Shown in pieces: positions 19,928 to 29,170 of a stretch of 64,000 nt of DNA. The notes under the pieces are model-generated. The model was not told where the DNA came from. It searched no databases and worked only from the letters and a program-made list of their open reading frames with translations. The position numbers were made by a program, and so were the translations under genes. The stretch is taken from contig CAVZDD010000005.1 in assembly GCA_963773945.1 (NCBI GenBank), positions 768,503 to 832,502 of the forward strand. The letters are read 5' to 3'. Position 1 is the stretch's first letter, and each line of letters begins with the position of its first letter. This stretch comes from an uncultured Thermoplasmata archaeon. GTDB lineage: Archaea > Thermoplasmatota > Thermoplasmata > Lutacidiplasmatales > UBA184.

Positions 19928-21180
19928 ACGCGATCCGCTGGTCCCTCCGGTGGCGATCCCTCCGGCATCGGACGGCCCAGACCTTCCTCGCCGTGGCCGC
20001 GATCGGCGCTGCGGTGGCGCTCCCCGTGGTGCTGCTTTCTGTCGGCGGAGGCGTCTACACCCACGAACTCTCGTCGATCGAAGGGGCGGGCTTCTCGATC
20101 TCGGTAGATACGGCGGCGAATCACGGCATCGCCGATGCCCACGCGCTGACCAAACAGTTCGACGCGCTCAGCGGGGTCGCTGCAGCGTCGCCCCTCCTGA
20201 GCGTGCCCGTGGACCTCTTCCTGCCGGATGGGACGGCGGTCCCGGTGCTGGCCGAAGGCGTCATTCCTACCGAGTTCGCCGCCACCCAAAGCTCGGCGGA
20301 GCGTGCGCTGCTGCCCCCGTCGGTGACGCTCGGGGACCCCGATGATACGATTCACTACGCCAACGGAAACTATACCGGTCCGTCCAGCGACCAGCTCCTG
20401 CTCTCTACCCCTCTGCTACAGACGCTGAACGTCTCGATCGGTGCGAGCGTCGCGCTGTCCCCCACCTCGAACGCCAGTGCGGGAACCTCGTTTACCGTGG
20501 AGGGCGGCTTTGGGCTGCCGCCGGGACTACTGGGTCCGTCGCCGGTCTTCGTCGCCCTCCTGCCCCTTTCCCAGCTTCAATCGCTTGTCGGGTTCGCCCG
20601 CGGGTCTTCGGGGGCGATCCTGGACGACGCCGACAGCATTCAGGTGGCGATGGTCCCCGCCTTGGCGGCGAGCCCGACCGCAGTGCAACGCGTGGCGTCC
20701 GAGATCCAGGCGATGGTTCCGTACTATTCGGTGACCTCGCTCACTCAGCAGACCACCGAGATTCAAAACGCGCAGGCCGTGATCACAGGCTTCTACGTGG
20801 GCCTCTCGTCGGTGGGTCTCATCGTCGGCTTGCTGTTCCTCGTGATCATCCTACTGCGACGCGTCGAGCAGGAACGTCAGTCCATCGGCATTCGTCGGGC
20901 CATTGGGGTGCCGGCCTGGATGGTGGCCCGCGGCATCATCGCGGAAGCACTCGGCCTGACGCTCGGAGGGCTGGCGTCCGGCGTCACCGCGGGCATCGTG
21001 ACGGTTGAGTTGCTCGCCCATTACGGGTCGAGTACCGTGTCGGACATCGCCAGTCTGGCGGTCTTCAACCCGGTCGAATTGGTCGCCCTGTCGGCTGCCC
21101 TCGTGGGTCTCGCCCTCGTCGCGAGTGCGCTCCCGGTCCGCCGGGCCCTCGGACTGTCCCTCCCCGAGGTGCTGCGATGA
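19924..21180 (+). CDS. ABC transporter permease, FtsX/MacB-like (second copy)
   Basis: Same architecture as the upstream permease. Overlaps its neighbours by 4 nt on each side. Confidence 0.8.
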   Translation: MNAIRWSLRWRSLRHRTAQTFLAVAAIGAAVALPVVLLSVGGGVYTHELSSIEGAGFSISVDTAANHGIADAHALTKQFDALSGVAAASPLLSVPVDLFLPDGTAVPVLAEGVIPTEFAATQSSAERALLPPSVTLGDPDDTIHYANGNYTGPSSDQLLLSTPLLQTLNVSIGASVALSPTSNASAGTSFTVEGGFGLPPGLLGPSPVFVALLPLSQLQSLVGFARGSSGAILDDADSIQVAMVPALAASPTAVQRVASEIQAMVPYYSVTSLTQQTTEIQNAQAVITGFYVGLSSVGLIVGLLFLVIILLRRVEQERQSIGIRRAIGVPAWMVARGIIAEALGLTLGGLASGVTAGIVTVELLAHYGSSTVSDIASLAVFNPVELVALSAALVGLALVASALPVRRALGLSLPEVLR

Positions 21181-21875
21181 GTGGCCCGGTGACGATCCGG
21201 CTGGACAAGGTCCGTCGAGTCTATCATGCCGGAGAGCCGGACGAGGTTCGCGCCCTGGATGGGGTGGACCTCGCCATCGCTCCGGGCGAGTACCTCTCTG
21301 TCGAGGGACCTTCCGGCTCTGGCAAGACCACGCTCCTGAACCTGTTGGGCCTGCTGGACGTTCCGACCGACGGGCACGTCCTCTGGCAAGGCACCCCGGT
21401 CGAGCGGTTCGCGGAACGCGAGCGGACGCGCCTGCGTCGGACTGGCATCGGCTTCATCTTTCAACGATTCTATCTTCTGCCCACCTTGACCGCCCTCGAG
21501 AACGTCGAACTGCCGCTCCAGGCCCAGGGAGTCCCCGGGTCGGAACGCCGACGCCGGGCGAGCGCCCTGCTGGCGCAGGTCGGCCTCGCGGACCGGGAGC
21601 GGTCGTTCCCCCACCAACTGTCCGGCGGCGAGGAGCAGCGCGTCGCAATCGCCCGGGCGTTGGCCAATTCCCCGCAGCTGCTGCTCGCGGACGAGCCGAC
21701 GGGCGAACTCGACTCGGTCCGGGCTCAGCAGGTTCTCGACCTCCTCGAGGTGGCCCACCAGAGCACCGGCGCCGCGGTCGTCGTCGTGACCCACAACCCA
21801 ACGGTCGCGGCCCGCGCCGCGCGGCACCTCACGATGCGCGATGGTCGAATCGTCGGCGATACCGCGGGACGGTAA
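21177..21875 (+). CDS. ABC transporter ATP-binding protein (MacB/LolD-like)
   Basis: Walker [10 protein letters not shown], signature LSGGEEQR, Walker B LLLADEPT. Confidence 0.9.
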   Translation: MSGPVTIRLDKVRRVYHAGEPDEVRALDGVDLAIAPGEYLSVEGPSGSGKTTLLNLLGLLDVPTDGHVLWQGTPVERFAERERTRLRRTGIGFIFQRFYLLPTLTALENVELPLQAQGVPGSERRRRASALLAQVGLADRERSFPHQLSGGEEQRVAIARALANSPQLLLADEPTGELDSVRAQQVLDLLEVAHQSTGAAVVVVTHNPTVAARAARHLTMRDGRIVGDTAGR

Positions 21876-21879
21876 CCCG

Positions 21880-23658
21880 ATGGCCCGGATTGCCATTCTG
21901 CTCAACGACCGCTGCCACCCGAAGGAGTGCCAGTGGGAATGCCAAGCGTACTGCCCGCCGGTCCGGATGGGCCAGGAGTGCATTATCGAGGGACCCCTCG
22001 GCAAACCGATCATCTCCGAAACGCTGTGCATCGGCTGCGGGATCTGCGTCCACAAGTGTCCCTTCGACGCCATCAAGATCCTCAACACGCCCGAGGCCGA
22101 CGAGGCGGAGATCGTGCATCGCTACGGGTACAACGGCTTTCGACTGTACCGTCTCCCGTTGCCTGCGCCTCAGGGGATCGTGGGATTGCTGGGTCCCAAC
22201 GGTACGGGGAAGTCGACCGCGCTGCGGATCCTCGCCGGCGCGGAGGTTCCGAATCTCGGTGCCTATGACCGGCCGGGCTCCTGGGAAAACGTGGTCGAGC
22301 ATTTCCGGGGCACATCGCTGCAGAGTCACTTCCAGCGGATCGCCCGGGGGGAGCTACGGGCCGCGATCAAGCCGCAGTACGTCGACCAGCTCGCGGCAAC
22401 GGGGCAGATTGTCTCCGACTACGTGGGGGGGACCGGCGGCAATGCGTCCACCGCGCTCGCGTCCGTCGGGCTGGCCGGGAAGGAATCGAGACCCGTCAGC
22501 GAACTTTCCGGGGGCGAACTCCAGCTCGCGGCGATCGCTCGCACGCTCGCGACGGAGGCGGACCTGTACCTCTTCGACGAGCCGTCGAGCTACCTCGATA
22601 TCGTCCATCGACTCGAGATCGCCCGGGTTCTCCGCCGCCTGGGCCAGGTGAAAAGCGTGCTCGTGGTGGAACACGACCTCGCGCTGCTCGATTACCTGGC
22701 CGATAAGTCACACCTGCTCTATGGCGAGGAGGCGGCCTTTGGGGTTATCTCGCACCCGCTGCCCATGCGAACGGCGATCAACACGTATCTCACGGGCTAT
22801 CTGCGGGACGAGAACGTACGCTTCCGGACCGAGGCGATCCGCTTCACGGCCCACCCGCCCAAATCGGCCGCCTTCCGGAGTGCCAAGGTGGTCTTCGGGC
22901 CGATGGAGAAACAGTACCCCTCTTTCCGGCTCCGCGTCACCGGGGGCACGCTGCCGAAGGGGGAGACCATCGGGATCGTCGGCCCCAACGCGACGGGCAA
23001 AACCACATTCGTGAAGATGCTGGCCGGAGTCGAGCCGCCGACCTCCGGGACGCCTCCGAAGGGCGTGACGGTGAGCTACAAGCCCCAGTATCTCAAGGCG
23101 ACGCAGGCCGCCAGCCTGAGGGAGCGGCTCGTCGCCCTGGCCAGCGACCCCGAGTTCGACGTCGGCGCGCTCGAGAAGGAACTCATTCCCGCGCTCCGGC
23201 TGGACGGCGTGCTCGATGTGGCGCTTCCGGATCTTTCCGGCGGAGAGCTCCAGCGGGCTGCGGTCGCGCTCTCGCTGGCGCGCCGGGCCACGCTCTACCT
23301 GCTGGATGAGCCGTCGGCCTACCTCGACGCCGACGAACGAATGAACATGGCCCGATTGATCCGACGGCGGGTGGAACACGAGAGCGCCACGGCGCTCGTC
23401 GTCGACCACGATGTCTATTTCCTCGACCTGGCGTGCGATGGCCTCATGGTGTTCGTGCCCGACGGGCCCGACGGAAGCGCGGGACGTGGAGAGGGTCCCT
23501 TCGCGATGCGGGAGGGGATGAATCGCCTCCTCCGACAGGTCGAGGTCACGTTCCGGCGAGATCCCGAAACGCTCCGGCCGCGGATCAACCAGGAAGATTC
23601 CGTGCTCGACCGGGAACAGCGGGCCAAGGGGGAGTACTACTACGAAGCCGTCGCCTGA
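21880..23658 (+). CDS. abcE1: ABCE1 (RNase L inhibitor / ribosome recycling factor Rli1)
   Basis: N-terminal Fe-S domain CHPKECQWECQAYCP and CIGCGICVHKCP, followed by two NBDs (GPNGTGKST, GPNATGKTT, two LSGGE signatures). Confidence 0.9.
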   Translation: MARIAILLNDRCHPKECQWECQAYCPPVRMGQECIIEGPLGKPIISETLCIGCGICVHKCPFDAIKILNTPEADEAEIVHRYGYNGFRLYRLPLPAPQGIVGLLGPNGTGKSTALRILAGAEVPNLGAYDRPGSWENVVEHFRGTSLQSHFQRIARGELRAAIKPQYVDQLAATGQIVSDYVGGTGGNASTALASVGLAGKESRPVSELSGGELQLAAIARTLATEADLYLFDEPSSYLDIVHRLEIARVLRRLGQVKSVLVVEHDLALLDYLADKSHLLYGEEAAFGVISHPLPMRTAINTYLTGYLRDENVRFRTEAIRFTAHPPKSAAFRSAKVVFGPMEKQYPSFRLRVTGGTLPKGETIGIVGPNATGKTTFVKMLAGVEPPTSGTPPKGVTVSYKPQYLKATQAASLRERLVALASDPEFDVGALEKELIPALRLDGVLDVALPDLSGGELQRAAVALSLARRATLYLLDEPSAYLDADERMNMARLIRRRVEHESATALVVDHDVYFLDLACDGLMVFVPDGPDGSAGRGEGPFAMREGMNRLLRQVEVTFRRDPETLRPRINQEDSVLDREQRAKGEYYYEAVA

Positions 23659-23716
23659 ACCCACGGCGTCGGCGGCCGGCAAAGGTCCCCGCCCCAAGCG
23701 TCCTCCGTCGTACCGG

Positions 23717-24205
23717 ATGCCGGCCAAACTGTCCGCGGGCGTCATTGGGCTCTATCTGGTTCTCATGGGACTGCTCGCCTATCTGGGCTCGGAGCGACTC
23801 CTCAACGCCCTGGTGGCGGAGGCACTGGTGGCGGCGCTCGTCCTGTACCTGGGACGGTACCTCTCGACGCGGTACCGATTGACCCATTACAGCTTCATGG
23901 CGCTGCGTTTGTTCGGCAGCCGCCGTATCCCGCTGGAAGAGATCCGGCACGCCTCCCATGCGAGCCTTCGAGACCTCGCGCCGGTGAGTTTCATCGGCAG
24001 CTGGGGCTGGCGGGGCCGGATGTGGAGCCCCCGGATGGGCCATTTCGATACGGTCCACACGACCTCGGAGGGCTTGCTCATCTCCGGCGGCGAGGGAGTT
24101 CCGGTCTTCATCTCCCCGCAGGACCCGGACGCCTTCCTGGCCGAACTGTCGCGGCGAGTCCGCTCCTACAATCCCGACATCGATATCGAGACCACCGCCG
24201 GGTGA
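23717..24205 (+). CDS. membrane protein with PH-like (bPH_2-type) domain
   Basis: Two N-terminal TM helices followed by a ~100 aa soluble domain. Confidence 0.5.
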   Translation: MPAKLSAGVIGLYLVLMGLLAYLGSERLLNALVAEALVAALVLYLGRYLSTRYRLTHYSFMALRLFGSRRIPLEEIRHASHASLRDLAPVSFIGSWGWRGRMWSPRMGHFDTVHTTSEGLLISGGEGVPVFISPQDPDAFLAELSRRVRSYNPDIDIETTAG

Positions 24206-24215
24206 GTCGGTCGGA

Positions 24216-24506
24216 TTACTTCGTTTCGGGTTCGGAGCTGTTCTCCGACGGAGAGGCCGAGGCCGCCGGCGTCGCGCTCTTGGACTGCCACGCGGTCATC
24301 CCCGACGAATGCTTCCGGAGGTAGCGGGCGCCCAGCCAAACGCCAAACAACCCGAAGACCACAGCGAATACGAGGGCGAAGACGACGAGATAGATGATCC
24401 CGAGCAGGAGGCTGCTGAGGTCCCAGAATCCAAACTGCTGGCCCAAGAACACCAGGCACAGGCCCACGACGAGCCCGCTTCCCGCTCCACTACTGCCCGC
24501 GCCCAT
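24216..24506 (-). CDS. small hypothetical membrane protein
   Basis: 96 aa with 2-3 hydrophobic helices and a Ser/Pro/Glu-rich tail. Confidence 0.4.
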   Translation of the reverse strand: MGAGSSGAGSGLVVGLCLVFLGQQFGFWDLSSLLLGIIYLVVFALVFAVVFGLFGVWLGARYLRKHSSGMTAWQSKSATPAASASPSENSSEPETK

Positions 24507-24507
24507 C

Positions 24508-25296
24508 TTAGGTCTTCTCCGGCGGTGAGGAGGAGATGTCGGTCGGGGTCTCGGTCTCTTCCTCTTGACCGGTCTTCGTCGGCGGGACCTTCCGGGTCTT
24601 GTCCATCGCCCGGGGGCCGACGGTGGCGATCATGTAGAGCTCGGCGATCGTGAGGAGGATCAGGCCCACGGTGGCCGCCACGAGGTCGTACGGTTGGGCG
24701 ACCCGGACGTAGAAGTTCTCACTCCAAAGGGTGTTGCCGGCCGGATTCTCGAGGTAGGCGTGGACCTCGTAGACGCCCTGAAGGTACCACTTGAACTCGG
24801 TCAGGTCGTACGTCATACTGATCGTTCCGCCGGATGCCCCGAAGGGCGTGGACTCGACCTGTTGCTTCGTGTAGGCCGGGAACCCGAGGAATAAGATTAC
24901 CAGAAAGGCCTGGGAAACCCCTGTCCCGGTAGTGGGGCCCGTGAAGACGAACTGCACCGTCGCGATAGTAGAGAACGTCCAGCTGATCGCAGCAGCGTCG
25001 CTGACGGCGGTGTCGGTGTTGACTCCGTTCCACAGCACCATGCCCGTGACTCCGGTCTGGGCCGGAATAAGGGTCGAGCTTGCGCCACGGGCTTGGGACA
25101 GCACGCCCACCCCGTACGGAGCGAGAAAAACGACCGCCAACGCCACCGAGAGCAAGGGAAGGAGTCTCACTCCTCTCCGGGCCGAAACTCGAAAAGACTG
25201 CCGCACGGCGCGAGCAGTCTCCTCGGGGCTAAGAATGTATGGGTTCCACCTTCGGCGAAGCTTCCGACCGTCAGTACCGAGGCATCGTAGGGTCAA
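24508..25296 (-). CDS. hypothetical secreted/membrane-anchored protein
   Basis: Signal/TM-like LLPLLSVALAVVFLA, several N-x-S/T sequons and a C-terminal TM helix. Start uncertain; the track start overlaps the next gene. Confidence 0.45.
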   Translation of the reverse strand: MTLRCLGTDGRKLRRRWNPYILSPEETARAVRQSFRVSARRGVRLLPLLSVALAVVFLAPYGVGVLSQARGASSTLIPAQTGVTGMVLWNGVNTDTAVSDAAAISWTFSTIATVQFVFTGPTTGTGVSQAFLVILFLGFPAYTKQQVESTPFGASGGTISMTYDLTEFKWYLQGVYEVHAYLENPAGNTLWSENFYVRVAQPYDLVAATVGLILLTIAELYMIATVGPRAMDKTRKVPPTKTGQEEETETPTDISSSPPEKT

Positions 25297-26770
25297 TTTT
25301 CTCGGCCCAAGCCTCGATCCCGCCCTTCAGACTCGATACGTGCGTGAACCCCAGCTCGAGGAGCATCTGAGTGCCCTGGGCCGACCGGCGCCCGGAGTGG
25401 CAGTAGAGAACCACCTCCCTGGCATGCGCGAGTTCGGTGACGCGTTGCGGCAGCTCTCCGAGCGGGATCAGCGTCGCGCCCGATAGGTGGGCGATCTCCC
25501 ATTCTGACGGGTTACGTACGTCGATCACGAGCGGCGGGTCCTCCCCCGAGAGCCGGGCCGAGAGAGCTTCCGGCGTGATCTCGGGGATCTCGTCGGTCGC
25601 TGCGAGGTCTCCGGCCGCTGTGACGCCGCAGAAGGCCGGATAATCGATGAGGCCGGTCTGCGTCGGATGCGTACCGCAGATGACGCAGTCCGGATTCTTC
25701 CGGAGGCGAAGCTCGCGGAACCGCAGGGTGAGGGCATCGAACAGCAGCAGCCGGCCGATGAGGGGCTCCCCCACGCCGAGGAGGAGTTTCACCGTCTCGG
25801 TGGCCTGGATCGTCCCGATGAGCCCCGGTAGCACGCCGAAGACCCCGCCCTCGGCGCAGGACGGGACGAGACCCGGAGGTGGAGGTTCGGGGTACAGGCA
25901 CCGATAGCACGGGCCCCGGCGCGAGTCGAAGACGCTCGCCTGCCCCTCGAAGCGGTATATCGAACCGTAGACATTGGGTTTTCCGAGAAGAACCGAGGCA
26001 TCGTTCACGAGGTATCGCGTGGGAAAGTTGTCTGTTCCGTCGAGGATCACGTCGTACGGCCGTAGCGTTTCCATCGCGTTCTCGCTCGTGAGATGTTGCT
26101 CGTAGGTCCGGACGGTCACATCCGGATTCAGGTCCGTGAGCCGGTCCCGCGCCGCCTCGAGCTTGGGCCGTCCCACGTCCCGGGTTCCGTACATCACCTG
26201 GCGTTGCAGGTTCGAGGCCTCGACCCGGTCGAAATCGACGAGACCAATCTCGCCGACGCCGGCCGCCGCCAGATAGAGGGCGGCGGGGGAAGCGAGTCCA
26301 CCGGCGCCGACCAGCAGAACCTTCGACGCGCGGAGCCTGCGCTGACCCTTCACGCCGACTTCTGGCAGGAGGAGGTGCCGACTGTACCGTCGCATCTGAT
26401 CCCGGGTGAGCGGGGGACCTAGCCCCTCTGCGTCCGAGTTCAAACTGACGAGAGGAGCGGGACGGCCCGCGGAGCGAACCGACTCCGCAGGGGAACCGCC
26501 GGCGATCGCGGGGACGATGCTAAGGACGTCTCCCGGGTGAACGGGAGTTGCTTCCTGCTGGAGATACCGTACATCCTCGTCGTTCAGGTAGACGGTGACG
26601 AAGTTCCGGAGCTGGCCGGCGGTACCATAGAGATGCTTCTCGAGCCCGTGATGCTCCCGTACGAGTCCCCGGAGGACTTCGCCGACCGTGGACCCTTCCG
26701 CTTCGGAGACGGAGGCGCCGCCGGTGAAACTGCGAAGGGGAGTCGGGACTTTGACCTGCACTTTCGACAT
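25271..26770 (-). CDS. MoaD/ThiS-like ubiquitin-fold domain fused to MoeB/ThiF-type E1 and C-terminal rhodanese
   Basis: The first 92 aa are MoaD-like and end ...VPAIAGG. They are followed by an E1 Rossmann motif (LLVGAGGLASPAALYLAAAG...DFD..E.SNLQRQ), zinc CxxC pairs (CYRC, CVIC) and a rhodanese active-site loop (YCHSGRRS). Confidence 0.85.
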   Translation of the reverse strand: MSKVQVKVPTPLRSFTGGASVSEAEGSTVGEVLRGLVREHHGLEKHLYGTAGQLRNFVTVYLNDEDVRYLQQEATPVHPGDVLSIVPAIAGGSPAESVRSAGRPAPLVSLNSDAEGLGPPLTRDQMRRYSRHLLLPEVGVKGQRRLRASKVLLVGAGGLASPAALYLAAAGVGEIGLVDFDRVEASNLQRQVMYGTRDVGRPKLEAARDRLTDLNPDVTVRTYEQHLTSENAMETLRPYDVILDGTDNFPTRYLVNDASVLLGKPNVYGSIYRFEGQASVFDSRRGPCYRCLYPEPPPPGLVPSCAEGGVFGVLPGLIGTIQATETVKLLLGVGEPLIGRLLLFDALTLRFRELRLRKNPDCVICGTHPTQTGLIDYPAFCGVTAAGDLAATDEIPEITPEALSARLSGEDPPLVIDVRNPSEWEIAHLSGATLIPLGELPQRVTELAHAREVVLYCHSGRRSAQGTQMLLELGFTHVSSLKGGIEAWAEKIDPTMPRY

Positions 26771-26824
26771 GGGAGGAAGTGTCCCCGTGGGCCGGCTGAT
26801 ATTACTCCCTCCCTTACCCATTCT

Positions 26825-27295
26825 TCACCTCGACGCGGTTTCTAAGCGCTCCGCGGTCCACGACACGGGGGAGAATCGGCGCAGGTCGGGGTCGAGCTCG
26901 AAGGCCCCGATGTCGCCGGCCCGTCCGTGATCGACCGCAAGCACGAGGTAGGTGTACCAAGGCCAAGCATGCTCTTGGTCGAAGAGCGACGGAACGGCCG
27001 GGTGGTCCGGATGCGAGTGGTAGAATCCGACGACCGCTTCTCCCGTTCCTTCGAGGGAACTCTCGAATTGGCGGAGCGTTTCGGGTGGTATCACGAATCG
27101 GCGGCCCCGAGGGCCTTCCACTTCGTTCTCCATCGGCGTCACTCGAACGAGTCGCCGAATAGGGTGAGTCTCGCCCGCCGGCTCCCGCGCCACGAGGAAG
27201 CCGCAGCACTCCTCCGGGTAGGTGGCCTCCGCGTGACGGCGGATTGTTTCTACGAGTTCGGGGGAAAGGGAGACGTTCACGGAGCTTCCTCCCAA
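26825..27295 (-). CDS. JAMM/MPN+ metalloprotease (Mec+/CysO-peptidase-like)
   Basis: EECCGFL...GFYHSHPDHPAVPSLFD contains the E...HxHx7Sx2D JAMM motif. Confidence 0.8.
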   Translation of the reverse strand: MGGSSVNVSLSPELVETIRRHAEATYPEECCGFLVAREPAGETHPIRRLVRVTPMENEVEGPRGRRFVIPPETLRQFESSLEGTGEAVVGFYHSHPDHPAVPSLFDQEHAWPWYTYLVLAVDHGRAGDIGAFELDPDLRRFSPVSWTAERLETASR

Positions 27296-28257
27296 TGCCG
27301 CTCGGAAAGGTAGCGGTCTCCCCCATCGGGGAGGATCGTCACCATGACGGCCGGAACGCTGAGCGTTGCGGCGATGGAGAGCATCGCCGCGACGACCGCG
27401 CCGGACGAGGTGCCCACGAAGAGCCCCTCTTCACGGGCGAGTCGACGGGTCATCAACTGGGAATCTTCCGTGGACACCCGAACTGTTTCGTCAATCCACC
27501 GTTCATCGTAAGTCCCCGGCCGCAGGGCGGTGGGGAGGTGTTTCAATCCCTCGATACCGTGCATGGGTCCTTCCGGCTCCACCCCGATGACCCGAACGTT
27601 GGGGAATACCTGCTTTAGGAAACGGCCGGCGCCCGAGATGGTCCCGCCTGTCCCCACCCCCGCTACGAAGTGGGTCACGCGTCCCGACGTTTGCGTCCAG
27701 ATCTCGGGCCCGGTGCCGGTGAAGTGCGCTTCGGGATTGGCCGGATGATTGTACTGGTCGGGGTAGTAGTATCGCCCCGGCTCGGCGGTGGCGCGTCGTC
27801 GGGCTTCGCGTTGGGCCCCATCGGTTCCTTCCGCAGGATCGGTGAAGAGAATCTCGGCGCCATAGGTCCGGAGTCGCTGCACCCGCTCGGGACTCGCGTT
27901 GCGGGGAAGGCAGACCGCGACCGGGAAGCGGAGGCGCGCCCCTAACATCGCATAGGCGATGCCAGTGTTGCCGCTCGTCGCGTCGATGAGAGTCCTGCCG
28001 CCTCCCAGCGCGCCGGACGCAAGGGCGCTGCGGACAATCCCGAACGCGGCCCGGTCCTTGACTGAACCCGTGGGATTGAGGAATTCGGCCTTCCCCCAGA
28101 GCTCGTGCGTGGGCGGAAGGTCGTGACCGATCCGCTCCAGTCGGAGGAGAGGTGTGTTCCCCACGGTGCCAATCGAAAGGTCCGGTCCGGTCGGTGCGGG
28201 TCCCAACGCGGCGTTGGCCGCCGTGGAGTCTACCGAAGCTGGATGAGATGCGTGCAC
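27277..28257 (-). CDS. cysM: PLP-dependent cysteine synthase (CysM/CysK family)
   Basis: PLP lysine motif SVKDRAA, glycine loop GTGGT, 326 aa. Operonic with the JAMM and MoaD-E1 genes. Confidence 0.85.
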   Translation of the reverse strand: MHASHPASVDSTAANAALGPAPTGPDLSIGTVGNTPLLRLERIGHDLPPTHELWGKAEFLNPTGSVKDRAAFGIVRSALASGALGGGRTLIDATSGNTGIAYAMLGARLRFPVAVCLPRNASPERVQRLRTYGAEILFTDPAEGTDGAQREARRRATAEPGRYYYPDQYNHPANPEAHFTGTGPEIWTQTSGRVTHFVAGVGTGGTISGAGRFLKQVFPNVRVIGVEPEGPMHGIEGLKHLPTALRPGTYDERWIDETVRVSTEDSQLMTRRLAREEGLFVGTSSGAVVAAMLSIAATLSVPAVMVTILPDGGDRYLSERHWEEAP

Positions 28258-28407
28258 GTCCGTCCCACCTCAGGGACGGCGCCGCTCCAATAAGCCCTGC
28301 TGGTGTCCGGTTCAGCGAGTCCGATATCGACGCCCTCGTCGCCTGGGTCGCCCGCAACCCGCCCGCTCGAACAGCCCTAAGGAATCCGACTAAGCCAACC
28401 CGTTCTC

Positions 28408-28437
28408 AGGCGGGGGGCAACCCCCGCCTATTTTTCC
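28408..28437 (+). terminator. GC-rich hairpin (9-bp stem, GCAA loop) followed by T5 run
   Basis: aggcggggg-gcaa-cccccgcct-atttttcc in the cysM / small-ZnF divergent intergenic region. Confidence 0.3.
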
Positions 28438-28483
28438 TGACACCGCGGATCTGCTGCGGTCAGATCCACGAAGCCGGGGGGCC

Positions 28484-28846
28484 GTGCCCTTGACGCGACG
28501 GACAATCCTGGCGTGTCCGGTCTGTGGACTCGAGATCAGCGGCTACAAAGGCGCGCTGGTGGACCACCTTCGCGACGTTGACGGACGCGAGGACGCCGAA
28601 ATTCTTGCGGTCTTCGTCGTCCGAACCCGGCGCACGACCCTCTCCCTCTCACCCCCGGACCCGCCGAAAACCGACGGTGGACCAATCACCATCGGGCCGG
28701 ACATGCCGGCGCGCGACGCCGGTCGGATCTACCGGGCGCAGTCCCGGGTGAGCGCGAAACCAAAGGCCGTAGGAGGCGGCCGTCGGAGGAAGTCGACCTT
28801 CGAGAGCTCGTCGCCCGGATCCCGTGGCGAGCTCGAGGTCGCATAG
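28484..28846 (+). CDS. hypothetical small protein with CxxC motif
   Basis: GTG start, 120 aa, LACPVCGLEISGYKGALVDHL. No recognisable family. May belong to the host or to the adjacent element. Confidence 0.45.
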   Translation: MPLTRRTILACPVCGLEISGYKGALVDHLRDVDGREDAEILAVFVVRTRRTTLSLSPPDPPKTDGGPITIGPDMPARDAGRIYRAQSRVSAKPKAVGGGRRRKSTFESSSPGSRGELEVA

Positions 28847-29083
28847 AGACGGGCCGTCCTCAGCGCCACTTCCCTCCGAAGCAGGAGGAAGGGTGCCAGC
28901 TCATCCGGCAGGTCGTGACGATCGAGACCTGGACTGATAATCAGCATGGAACCTGGACTCTTGAACCTTCGGCACGACGGCGCGGGCCACGCACGTGAGT
29001 GTGTGTACAATCCCTGGGGCTTGGCAACCCCAGGAGCCGCCGTGTTCGCAAACCGCGGGGCAGCGGGCTTAGAGGACGGTCCA

Positions 29084-29118
29084 TCGATTTTCCTCTGTTT
29101 CTCTCTCGATTTTCCTCT
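29084..29118. repeat. 13-bp direct repeat tcgattttcctct x2 (22-bp period)
   Basis: Copies at 29084-29096 and 29106-29118, in the lower-GC left-end intergenic region of the element, 55-90 bp upstream of ORF 29171. Confidence 0.5.
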
Positions 29119-29170
29119 ACATGGAGGAGCAACCGACGGTCCGCGATATTCACACACACCAGGAGAAACG

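Noticed and set aside
22708-23745. 345-aa reverse-strand ORF antisense to ABCE1
   Set aside because: The same high-GC antisense artefact. ABCE1 motifs are unambiguous on the + strand.
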